A stretch of DNA of 64,000 nucleotides, taken from the NCBI GenBank assembly GCA_964385615.1, contig CAYLPP010000004.1, positions 39,494 through 103,493 on the forward strand, in the 5' to 3' direction. The translations under genes and the position numbers were made by a program. The stretch comes from an uncultured bacterium (lineage in GTDB: Bacteria > Omnitrophota > Omnitrophia > Omnitrophales > Aquincolibacteriaceae). Of this stretch, positions 9,534-19,400 are shown piece by piece (position 1 is the stretch's first letter; each line of letters starts with the position of its first letter). The notes below the pieces were generated by a model. It was not told where the DNA came from, did no database searches, and saw only the letters and a program-made list of their open reading frames with translations.

Positions 9534-10432
9534 TTTTCCAGAAGAGCTCTTTTAAGAAAACCGCGTGTTTTTTTCAGCGCGGCAACGGCTTTCGGGCGGG
9601 GCCATTTTTTACGGGCCATTAAAATAGCGACTTTCACCTTCTTGCCGGACTGCTTCAGATAAATTTCCGCCCGGTTTTCAGGAACCTGGCCCAAACGGCT
9701 GATCAGGCGCAGCGCGCGCGCCTCCAGTTTTTTGGACCGGGGCTGGAGGTCAACCATCCAGTTCTGGTAAACCTTTCCCAACTGGACCATGGTGCCGACA
9801 GTCAGCATATTCAGTACCAGTTTGGTCGCGGTGCCCGCTTTTAAACGAGTGGAACCACTGATGACTTCGGGGCCGGTTTTGACGGCGATCACGCAGTCAC
9901 ATAAATTTTTAAGCAGGGAGCCGTCCGCGCAGGTGACCAGAATCGCGGATGCGTTTTTTTCTTTCGCGGCTTGAAGCGCACCTTTAACAAAAGGAGTAAC
10001 CCCGCTTGCGGCAATGCCGACTAGAATATCCCCGGATTTCATTTTTTTGCGGAAAATTTCCAGCCCGTCTTCTAATTTATCTTCAGCGCCTTCCTTAGAA
10101 CGAAAAACCGAACTTTTTCCGCCCGCCATAACCGCCTGAATTAATGAGGGCGGGGTGTTAAAAGTCGGAGGACATTCCGCGGCTTCGAGAACGCCGAGAC
10201 GTCCGCTGGTGCCCGCGCCGGCAAAAAAGACGCGCCCGCCGTTTTTGACGGCTTTCACCATAAGTCCGACGCCCCTGGCAATTTGTTTGCGGGCTTGCGC
10301 GACTTTCAGAGGAACGCTCTGATCTTCACGGCTGATCAGTGTCAGGATCTTTTCTGTGGAAAGGGTGTCGATAGCGCGGGTGCGCGGGTTGGCCTGTTCG
10401 GTCAGCAATTTTCCGTAATTTACTTTTTTCAT
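9530..10432 (-). CDS. murQ: N-acetylmuramic acid 6-phosphate etherase. The start was chosen at MKKVNYG; the tabulated ORF extends to 10450.
   Basis: SIS-domain motifs (FFAGAGTSGRLGVLEAAECPPTF, GSTRLKAGTATKLVLNMLT) align with E. coli MurQ from memory. Confidence 0.85.
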   Translation of the reverse strand: MKKVNYGKLLTEQANPRTRAIDTLSTEKILTLISREDQSVPLKVAQARKQIARGVGLMVKAVKNGGRVFFAGAGTSGRLGVLEAAECPPTFNTPPSLIQAVMAGGKSSVFRSKEGAEDKLEDGLEIFRKKMKSGDILVGIAASGVTPFVKGALQAAKEKNASAILVTCADGSLLKNLCDCVIAVKTGPEVISGSTRLKAGTATKLVLNMLTVGTMVQLGKVYQNWMVDLQPRSKKLEARALRLISRLGQVPENRAEIYLKQSGKKVKVAILMARKKWPRPKAVAALKKTRGFLKRALLEK

Positions 10433-10453
10433 GCGGGGGCAGAATAGCATATA

Positions 10454-11974
10454 ATGCGCGCCATGTCCAAAGACCTCCGGGGCCTAGTCGGCGAACAAAT
10501 GATGATCGGCGTGGCAGGGCCGAAAATGACTTCCGCCATGAGAAAACTGGTCCGGAAAATCAGGCCGGGCGGGATTATTTTCTTCCGCCCGAATTTTGCT
10601 TCCGCCAAAGCTTTCCGTAAACTGGTTTCAGATCTTGAAGACGCCGCGGGTAAAAAATTAGTGACCGCGGTTGATCATGAAGGCGGCCGGGTCATTCATT
10701 TTAATGAGGGAGTTACGGTTTTCCCCGACAATCTGGCTGTCGGCAATACCCGCAAAGAAAAATACGCCGCCCAGCAGGGTGAAATCGAAGCCCTTGAGCT
10801 TAGAAAACTGGGGGTGACTCTGAATTTGGCACCCACCGCTGACGTGCTTCGTGAAAATTTCAGCCCGAATATCGGCATCCGTTCTTACGGTAAAGATCCC
10901 GGTCTGGTTTCCGCTTTTGGAACCGCGCGGATCAAAGCCATGCAGGCCGGGGGAATTTCGGCTTGCGCCAAACATTTCCCGGGGCAGGGGCAGTCGACCC
11001 GCGACGCGCATCTTGACCTGCCGGTTTTATTTTCAACCCATCAGGAAATGGAAAAAATTCACCTGGAGCCCTTTCGCGCGGCAATCAAGGCCGGGGTTCG
11101 CGCCGTGATGTCGTCGCATCCCATTTATCCGAATCTCGACAGAAAAAGACAGCCGGCCACATTTTCAAAAGAGATTATTACCGGACTTTTGCGGAACCGG
11201 CTCGGTTTTCAGGGCGCGGTTTTGAGCGATGATCTGGAAATGGGCGCTCTTAAAGGAATCTGCCCCATTGGTGAATCAGCCGTACGCGCAGCGGAAGCCG
11301 GGCATGATATGGTTTTGATCTGTCATGACGTCAAAGCGCAGGAGGAAGTTTTTGAAAGCCTGCTCAAAGCTTATGAAAGCGGGCGCCTCGATCCCTGGTC
11401 GCTTGAAAAGAGTCTTGTCAGAATTGACGCTCTGCGCCAAGAGGCACCGGCTCGAAGGGATGCTTCTAAAAAACACAATCGGGAATTTTCAGAAGCGCTT
11501 CCCTTGAAGATTTCAGAAGAAGGGGTCCTTCGGTCGGCGTCTCACGCGGGTTTCGGTTTTAAGAAAGGAGAGACGGTTTCGGCGGTCTTCCCGAAACTTT
11601 CCGAATTGGCGGGGCGTATCATGATTGAAAAAGAAATGCTGAACGAAAAAGCATTTGTGCTCGGGCTTTTCAAAGAGCGAGGCTGGAAACCCGGGGAGAT
11701 ACAAGTTCTTCCTTTAAAAATTTCCGGAAAGCTTCAGCCGGAAAAAAAGAAAAAAGCGGGCAGCGCTATTTTCTTTTGTTACGACGCGTATCTGGATGAA
11801 GGCACCCGTGTTTTTTTAAAGGAATTTCAGAAAAATTGGGAGAAGCCGGCCGTGGTTCTTCTGCGCGACCCTTATGACATTGATTTTATCGACAAGAAAA
11901 CCGCGTGCGTGACGGCTTTCGGTTTTCGTGCCTCTCAAATCCGCGCGGCTTTAAATTTATTGGTTCAAAAATGA
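10454..11974 (+). CDS. nagZ: Beta-N-acetylhexosaminidase, GH3 family (NagZ-like), with a C-terminal extension
   Basis: GH3 catalytic-region motifs KHFPGQGQSTRDAHLDLPVL and ILFRPNF. The 506-aa length is longer than the ~340-aa NagZ core. The exact start is uncertain (10454, 10463 or 10496). Confidence 0.8.
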   Translation: MRAMSKDLRGLVGEQMMIGVAGPKMTSAMRKLVRKIRPGGIIFFRPNFASAKAFRKLVSDLEDAAGKKLVTAVDHEGGRVIHFNEGVTVFPDNLAVGNTRKEKYAAQQGEIEALELRKLGVTLNLAPTADVLRENFSPNIGIRSYGKDPGLVSAFGTARIKAMQAGGISACAKHFPGQGQSTRDAHLDLPVLFSTHQEMEKIHLEPFRAAIKAGVRAVMSSHPIYPNLDRKRQPATFSKEIITGLLRNRLGFQGAVLSDDLEMGALKGICPIGESAVRAAEAGHDMVLICHDVKAQEEVFESLLKAYESGRLDPWSLEKSLVRIDALRQEAPARRDASKKHNREFSEALPLKISEEGVLRSASHAGFGFKKGETVSAVFPKLSELAGRIMIEKEMLNEKAFVLGLFKERGWKPGEIQVLPLKISGKLQPEKKKKAGSAIFFCYDAYLDEGTRVFLKEFQKNWEKPAVVLLRDPYDIDFIDKKTACVTAFGFRASQIRAALNLLVQK

Positions 11975-13263
11975 ATAAAAAACAGCTGGGTTTCTGGGAC
12001 TCAGTCGCGATTAACGTGGGGATTGTCATTGGCGTCGGTATTTTCCGCACGCCTGGAGAAATTGCCGGCTATGTGGATTCCACTCCGCTGATTCTGCTGA
12101 CCTGGGCGCTAGGCGGTTTGGTCGCAATGGTGGGCGCGCTTTGCTACGCGGAGCTGGCCGCGTGCTACCCTCAAACCGGCGGAACCTACGTTTACTTAAG
12201 GGAAGCTTACGGCCGGCCTTTCGGGTTTCTTTTCGGCTGGGTGGAATTCGCGGTGATGCGCCCGGGGTCGATCGCGGGGGTTGCTTATATTTTGACGAAT
12301 TACCTGGGGAATTTTGTTCCCGCCGCGGCTTCGCATGAAAAACTTTTCGCCATCCTAATGATTCTTTTCTTTACGGTTCTCAATATCCGCGGGCTTCACG
12401 TGGGGAGCGGAGTGCAGAATATTCTAACGGTTCTTAAAACTGCGTCCATTGTTCTAATGACGGGAATTATTTTTTGGAAGCTTGGGCTTCCGTCAGCCGG
12501 AGGGCCTGTTTTTTCGAGCGTGACCGGAAAAAATCTTATGGGTATCGCACCCGCGCTGATTCCGGTCATGTGGACGTACGGCGGCTGGCATCAGAGCACT
12601 TTTATCGGCGGAGAATTCAGGGACACCAAACGGGATTTGCCCCGATCTTTGGTTATGGGGGCCTTGATCGTCATGGCGCTTTACCTCATGATCAACGCGG
12701 CTTACCTGCGGGTTATGACGCCTGCTGAAACCGCGGGAACGAAAGCGATCGCTTCGGAAATTTTTTCCAGAATTTTTGGAACGCCTGGCGGAACTGCCGT
12801 GACGATTGCTGTTTTAATTTCCGCCGCGGGGGCGCTCAATTCCACGATTCTGACGGGAGGGCACATTCCCTTCGCGGTGGCGGGGGATTATCCCAAGCTT
12901 TCCTGGGTCGCGAAAATTGACGCGAAATTTCATACCCCCCTTCAATCTCTGGCCGTTAACGGGATTTGGGCTTCCGCTCTGGTTCTTTGGGGGAATTTTG
13001 ACCAGCTTCTTTTTTTCTTCGCGTTCGCGAACTGGCTCTTTTTTACGATGGCCGGGATTAGTGTTTTTGTTTTGAGAAAACGCGATCCCGAAAAAGTTAA
13101 AAAATCCATGCCGGGTTACCCCTGGGTCCCCGTGATTTTTATTCTATCTTCAGCGGTTCTTTGCCTGATCACCATCCGTACCGCGCCCTTTGAAAGTCTC
13201 TTCGGCGCCGGTTTAATGCTGTTGGGCTTACCGGTTTATGCTTTATTCAGGAATAGGGAATAG
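11971..13263 (+). CDS. APC-superfamily amino acid/polyamine permease
   Basis: About 12 TM segments with APC-like N-terminal motifs (VAINVGIVIGVGIFRTPGE, GGLVAMVGALCYAELAA). Its ATG overlaps the nagZ TGA (ATGA). Confidence 0.8.
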   Translation: MNKKQLGFWDSVAINVGIVIGVGIFRTPGEIAGYVDSTPLILLTWALGGLVAMVGALCYAELAACYPQTGGTYVYLREAYGRPFGFLFGWVEFAVMRPGSIAGVAYILTNYLGNFVPAAASHEKLFAILMILFFTVLNIRGLHVGSGVQNILTVLKTASIVLMTGIIFWKLGLPSAGGPVFSSVTGKNLMGIAPALIPVMWTYGGWHQSTFIGGEFRDTKRDLPRSLVMGALIVMALYLMINAAYLRVMTPAETAGTKAIASEIFSRIFGTPGGTAVTIAVLISAAGALNSTILTGGHIPFAVAGDYPKLSWVAKIDAKFHTPLQSLAVNGIWASALVLWGNFDQLLFFFAFANWLFFTMAGISVFVLRKRDPEKVKKSMPGYPWVPVIFILSSAVLCLITIRTAPFESLFGAGLMLLGLPVYALFRNRE

Positions 13264-13447
13264 CTATAGAGGTCAATTTCTAGCATTCCGTAACATCCCG
13301 CAGTTTATTCCCGCTTCGACAAGGATCATCGTGTAAATTTTAATATTCCAAGGAATAGGGTTGTATTAAGCTTACTTAAAATGTACTTTTTAAAAATTTT
13401 AACTCAATAGAAATATTGCAAAACGAACTTTCACGGACAGGAGATTC

Positions 13448-16400
13448 ATGCCTCGATTTTTAAGAGCCGCCGCGTTTACGGTTCTTCCTCTATTTATATG
13501 GAGTCAGATTAGCTGGGCCAACCCGCTTTTGGCGCAGTCCGGGGGAGAAGTGCGCCTGGAGACTCCGCAGATATCTGATTTTTCAATTCCGGAAAATCTG
13601 GGGAAAATACAGTTTGAGCATCCAGGATCCGGTCCTGCCATCATTCATATTCAAACGGCCCACGGAAATTATGGCGCAGAACAAAAAATAAGAGACCTGC
13701 TGGAGTATTTAAAAAAACGTTACGGCTTCAAACTTCTCTTAGTCGAAGGAACCGCTTCAAAACTTGAACCGGAACGCTTGAGTTTTTTTGGAAAAGAGAA
13801 ATCGCTGAGCCTTGAGACGGCTGAAAAATTGACTCGTGAGGCCCTCATGAAAGGTTCTGAGCTTTTTTTGATGGAAGAACCCGGCATGGAAGCTTACGGC
13901 ATTGAAAACCGGGAAGCGTATGTATCCAATGGTGAAGCGTTTCGGGCGGTGCTTACGGAACAAAAGGCTTCCGGGAAATTCCTCAGCGGGATGGATGAGC
14001 AGATTAACCGGTTATTGGCGGTTTTTACAGAGTCGTCTTTCCGCGGTTTTTTGTCCGAAATGCAGCGTTTTGAATCCGGGCAGGGCTCGCTCGCGGACTG
14101 GCTGGGATATCTTAAAAGTGTTACCGCAAAAAATTCAGGTTTAAACCTTGAAGACCCGGCTAATCAATTTGACTGGCCGATGCTGACCCGCTTCTTTAAA
14201 CTACAGGAACTTGAAAAGAAATATCATTCCGGCTCTTTCCGCGAGGAGCTTCCCGGCTTCCTGGCGCGGCTCCAGGGAATAAGTCCGGAATTATCCTCTC
14301 AGGCTGAAAAGTTATTTTCCGCGGAAAATATGCGGGTCCATCTGCCGTATCCTCAGACCGGTGAATTATTTGAGGCTATCGCGCGTGTTTTGCCTGAAGA
14401 CTTCAGCATTGACGCTTACCCGAATGTGAAAATCCGTGCGGCTTTTTTGATCCTCCAAAGTGAATTAAGCGCGGAAATGCTCATGAGAGAAACCGAAAAG
14501 CTTTCGGAGCTTGCTTCGGACGGGCTTGCCCGGACGGAAGATCAGAGGAAGATCTATGGGTTTTACCGGGACTATCTTTTGCTGACGAAACTTTTCGCAC
14601 TGAATGTCACGCCTGAGGAATACGGCTTAATTTTAAAACGCCGTGAAGCGCTGAACCCGGAAGCTTTGGCCGAAGAATTCCGGAGGCTGAACTCGGGAGG
14701 GCGTGTCCGTGATTTGAAGTTCGAACATTTGGCTGAAATATGTTCGCTATTTGAAAAATCGCTCGAATTTTATAAAGGGGCTAAAGAGCGTGACGCTTTA
14801 ATGATTCAGGGGGTTGAGCGGAGGTTAAAGGAAACCGGAGCGGACAAGGCAGTGGTGATTACCGGCGGGTTTCACGCGGAACCGTTTCAGGATTATTTTT
14901 CTTCTCATGGGTTTAATTATGCGCGGATCATGCCGGAGATTACAGTTTTAGGCGGAAGGGATGCCTATGTGGAAGCCGTTCTGCAGAGCCAGCCCCGCCT
15001 TTTTTTCGCATCGACCCGTGAAGTGCCGTTTGCTTTCGCTTCACCGGAAGCTCTTTTGGAAATGGATAGAAATGCTTATCTGGGCTCGCTCGACCGGCTG
15101 GTACGGGCTGAGCTTGAAACGGCTGAAGATTCCGGGGACTTAAAAAATATTGAGAAAGCGAATTCAAACGGCCGTTTATTCGGGATTCAATATCAAGCCG
15201 GTTCAAAAAATGTGACTGTGAGCGCGGATGGAAAAAAATTCACGGTTCCGGTTTCACTTCGTCTGAATTTAAATCAGACTCGGCTCCTTCAGCGTTCCGA
15301 GTTGAGGGTGGACGTTGAGAAACTTAAAAACGCCGCGACTAAAGATGAAGCGCTGCGTGATCTTTTGAGCACTCTGGTAAGCGGAAGCGATGACAGGCAG
15401 CGTTTGTCGGCCTATCGGATCCTCACGGGAGTTTTTAGACGGGGCTCGCATAGAGATGAGATTTATCAGCATTTTACGGATAATGACCGCCGAAAAATCC
15501 GGGAGCTGATGTTCCACGCTTTTTTTGATCCCGATCACCGGATCCGTCAAGACCTGGGGTACAACCTTTACGGAAGCCTCAAAGATTTGGCTTCAAATGA
15601 TGATCTTATGGATTATCTTGCCAGGGCCGACGTTTATCAGCCGGGGCATTTAAATGAAGCCGAGGAATTTGTTTCCTGGGAAGTTTCCGGTCAGGAACCT
15701 CGTTTGAGCCCTGAGGAAACTTACAGCCTGGCCACGCAGAAATACATGGGTAAAGAAGCCGTTCTTTTCGCGATTTCCCGGCGCATCCATTTTTCTCACG
15801 GGAATCCTGACGAGCCGTACTTTCAGGGAAAAATACAGGAGGCCGACGGGGATTTCCGGGCCGCTTTGAAGTGGTTTAATCCGGAAATTCTTCAAGACTC
15901 AAAATTCCCGATCGCGCGAGCGATCCACGCGGCTCTTTTTGAATTTGCGCGTGAGGAAATGGTCGAGAATCATATTCCCGCTTCCTTTCTTATTCCGGAT
16001 CAAAAGACGCATTCGGTGAAAAACTGGAGGCTTGAAATGATCCGGTGCGTGATGGGAGATGCCTACACTCCGTGGATTTCGGCGATGGTGAGTCTCTATG
16101 CTTCGTTTATCGCAGAGCATCAAGCGGTTTTAGGGCGCGAAAGTATTGGACTCAGCTTTCAGGAAATCCGGAATCGCAAGACCGGTACGGAAAAACCGAT
16201 TTTGTATGGACCGGTTAAGGCAGTTCTGGCGGGCGATGAGAATAAATTGGCGTATATCGCCGCCCGGAGTCTAGAGCATAAGAGTTCCAGCGGGGCCGAC
16301 ATCCGGGAAGGGTTGACTGTTCTGGAAGGATACCGCGAACTGCTCGCGGAAAATGGTTTTGACTTCGGCGACGCGATTCGAGTTTCAATCCGAAAAATGG

Positions 16401-19400
16401 GCACGCTTTCTAATTTAATAAACCGGAATTTCCTGAGCGCTTCGCGAGATGAAATAATGGGACCTCTTTTGGAGATTCAAGAAGATTTGAGAAGACTTTT
16501 AGAGCTCCTGACGGCGGAGGAACCGAAAATTCGGGGACGCAGTGAGGAGCTGATGCGGGGCAGTGACAAAAGACAGGGTGCCCGGCTTCGGAAAAATTTC
16601 GAAGTTCTCACGGAGCAAACCCGGCTTCTTAAGGTGTATCTTGATGACCGGATTGCGTTCGCGAACAAAAGCTCTGAACCCGCGCGTACGGAAGTGGTGC
16701 CGGTTCTGGGCTTAATTCAGTCACGGCATGGTCAGAAACTGGTTATTGAGACTTCAGATCTTTCCGGGGTTTCCGCCGCTATCTCCCGCGTCCGGCTTTT
16801 CTCGATTCTCAATAATCTTGTTTCGAACGCAATTGAGGCCCAGGCGGAGTATTCTCAGGAACCGGTAACTGTTCGAGTTTCCTTGGAAAAAGAGGGGATT
16901 CTTTTTGAAGTTCAAGATCACGGACCTGGTTTTCCTTCGGATTATTTTCAGCCCGGTGAAAATGGAATCCGCTTATTTGATCTGGATGAGAGGAAAGGGC
17001 TGGGATTGGCTGAAGTCTGGGCGACTACGGCCCTGGCTTCAGGGTTTCTGGATGTCATTTCCAAAAGCGGGAAAGGCTCCACAATCGGCGTGACAATTCC
17101 TCGCTCAGAGGTACGCACTCAAACATCCGAAGCCCCAGTCATTCAGGATTTAATCATTCCCGGTGTTTCGGCTAAAACACTTGGGGTTTCACCTTTGAGC
17201 CGGATTAAGGTGTGGAGGCGTAAACCGGTGCGGGGGAATCCTTCTCTGGTCCGGAGTAATGACAATCTTTTAGTGGTTGAAGCAAAAATGGCGAATGAAC
17301 TGAAAGCTTTAGACCAGATATGGGCGCGTATCGTGCTGCGTCTTGATAATCCGTCCGCGGAAGAAGTGGAAGGGATGCGGGTTATGGCGGAGGTCATTGA
17401 ACGCGTAAAAGTCCGTATCCGGCTTGAACAGAGGAAAAGCCAGGAAATTTTACGTGAGATTATGGGGTTTGAAGGAAGCGGGGGTATTTCAAACCCTAAA
17501 GCCCGCGAAATCGTTGAGAAAGAACTTCTTCCTGACTTGGAAGATCGTGATGAATTTCTTTTTTTGAGCGCTGCCGAAGAAGTCAAAGGCGTTTCGCTTG
17601 AAAAAGCCCGCACCGCGATTACCCGGCGGTATCAGACCTTGGCCATGATTAAGCTCTACCAAATTATTTTAAATCTGCCTTATGGGTTCCACACAGAAAG
17701 CGATGACGTGATTCAAATGCAAAGAAACCTGGCCGCATCCCGTAAGGATGAACTGGAAGCTGAAGTCCCGAGGATTTTAAGCGCGATTGAAAAAGGATCC
17801 AGCCCTCGTGCCGCCGTTCAGGAATCCATCGAACGTATCAAGATCAGAATCCGGGATCTTGACCGGGAGATTAAAGAGACTCCCAGCAGTGAGGACCGGA
17901 CGTCACTGAAAACACTGCGGACAATCGCGGTGGAACAGATCGGGTACCTTGAAAAAGTGGGAACCTCTTACGATGTTTACGAATATCTTTACGAGCCTCG
18001 TGATCCGGAGGATGTTAGAAAAGAAAAAATTAGCAACGAAACAAAACGTCATGTTCAGCTTGCCCGGACGGCGGGCGATGAATTCCCGGAGCTTAAACGG
18101 CGGGGATGGTCTCTGAAGACGATTTGGTTTTATGTGTTTTCATCAACAGCCTGGGTTTTTGGCCTGCATTTTTGGGCTGTTCGGTTTTTCCGTAAGAATC
18201 CTGATTTTTTTCTGAATTGGTTTAACGCTTACATCCGCAACGAGATTTCCAAAGGCCGGCCGGTTCAATACGCCGCTGCCAAGTTTTTCTATGAAAACCG
18301 TGAGCTGGCCGCGAAAAGGGATTCGCTGTTCTGGCCTTTTTTGATGCGTTATTACGATCTGGCTGAATATGGTCACGCCCGCAGAGAATCTGGTGACCCG
18401 GTCATCGTTTTTGCCGAAGAGATTCACGACGAATCGGATTATAACCGCCTGATGGCGAGTTCCCGGGGTCACGGGAAAATCGCGGCGATTGTCGCGCCTA
18501 AAATGGAAGGGGAAATGAGAATCCCTCACTGGTTTATTTACGCTAAGAAGGAAAATATTCTCGTTCTGACTTCTCTGGATTTAAGAAAAGCGGGGATCCG
18601 GCTGGAGGATCTTGAAAAGGCTGATGGGGAAGAGTACGAGGGGATGGTGGACGCGAAACGGGGGGTTCTGGTGATTAATCCCTCCGTGGAAACTCAGCTG
18701 GAGTGGCAGAGTAAGGGAGAAACTTACGAGCTCCAGGATAAATATTATTGGAGCCGCGCGCGTAAGCAGACCATTTTTAATCTGACTCAGATTGAGTACC
18801 TCGCGGATGAAACCAGCCTTGAAGCCATTGAATGGATGGATGGTCAACCCTCCCTGCTTTACCGCTCCGGCGCGAGCGGGGTTGGTTTATTCCGTCTCGA
18901 AGAACTTTTGACCGCTCAGATGGACCGCGCGGGTATTGAGCGCGATCCGGCGCGTATTCAGGCCGCGGGGTCGGAAATTCTTGGTTATCCGGAATTTGAA
19001 AATGGCCAGGTTTTTACTATCAGACTTAATGATGTGAGCGTGGACAAAAGACCTCAATTCCTTGTGGATGGCGCTAAAGGTTTGCGCGGATGGGATATGG
19101 ATGAAATTATCCGGACGATGTCCGGAGCCCGTTTTTACTTGAACCGGGAAAAGTATCCGGAATTTTATGAGTTCGGGAAAATGCAGTTAAAAGCCATTTT
19201 CGCGGCTCATTTACGCAAAGGTATCCGGCGTTCAGGGATTAAGATTTTGATTTCTGATGTCCGGAATGCTTCAGAAATCGAGGCGCTTGAAGCTTTGCTT
19301 TTGGACGCGAAAAAAGAATTTATCGAAGAGGTTATCATCGGTACTTCTGCGGACCTTTCCGCGAGACTTCACTACGAGGATATGACCCAGCTTCTCTCGA

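Noticed and set aside
10430-10456. TATAAT hexamer at 10450-10455 as a promoter
   Set aside because: It lies within or abutting the start codons of the divergent murQ and nagZ genes and cannot be evaluated without transcription start site data. It is mentioned only in context.
13264-13447. Palindromes in the giant 1 upstream region (aTATTCCaaGGAATAg, TAAGCTTA)
   Set aside because: They are short, occur in AT-rich DNA where such palindromes arise by chance, and have no second copy in the window. Only the CTTTTTAAA motif shared with the giant 2 upstream region was kept.
16420-16790. Search for a HisKA phospho-acceptor H-box upstream of the GHKL domain of giant 1
   Set aside because: There is no H-E-[LIM]-[RK]-[TN]-P-like motif. 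The region is helical and charged but lacks a convincing conserved His, so I did not call it a histidine kinase.
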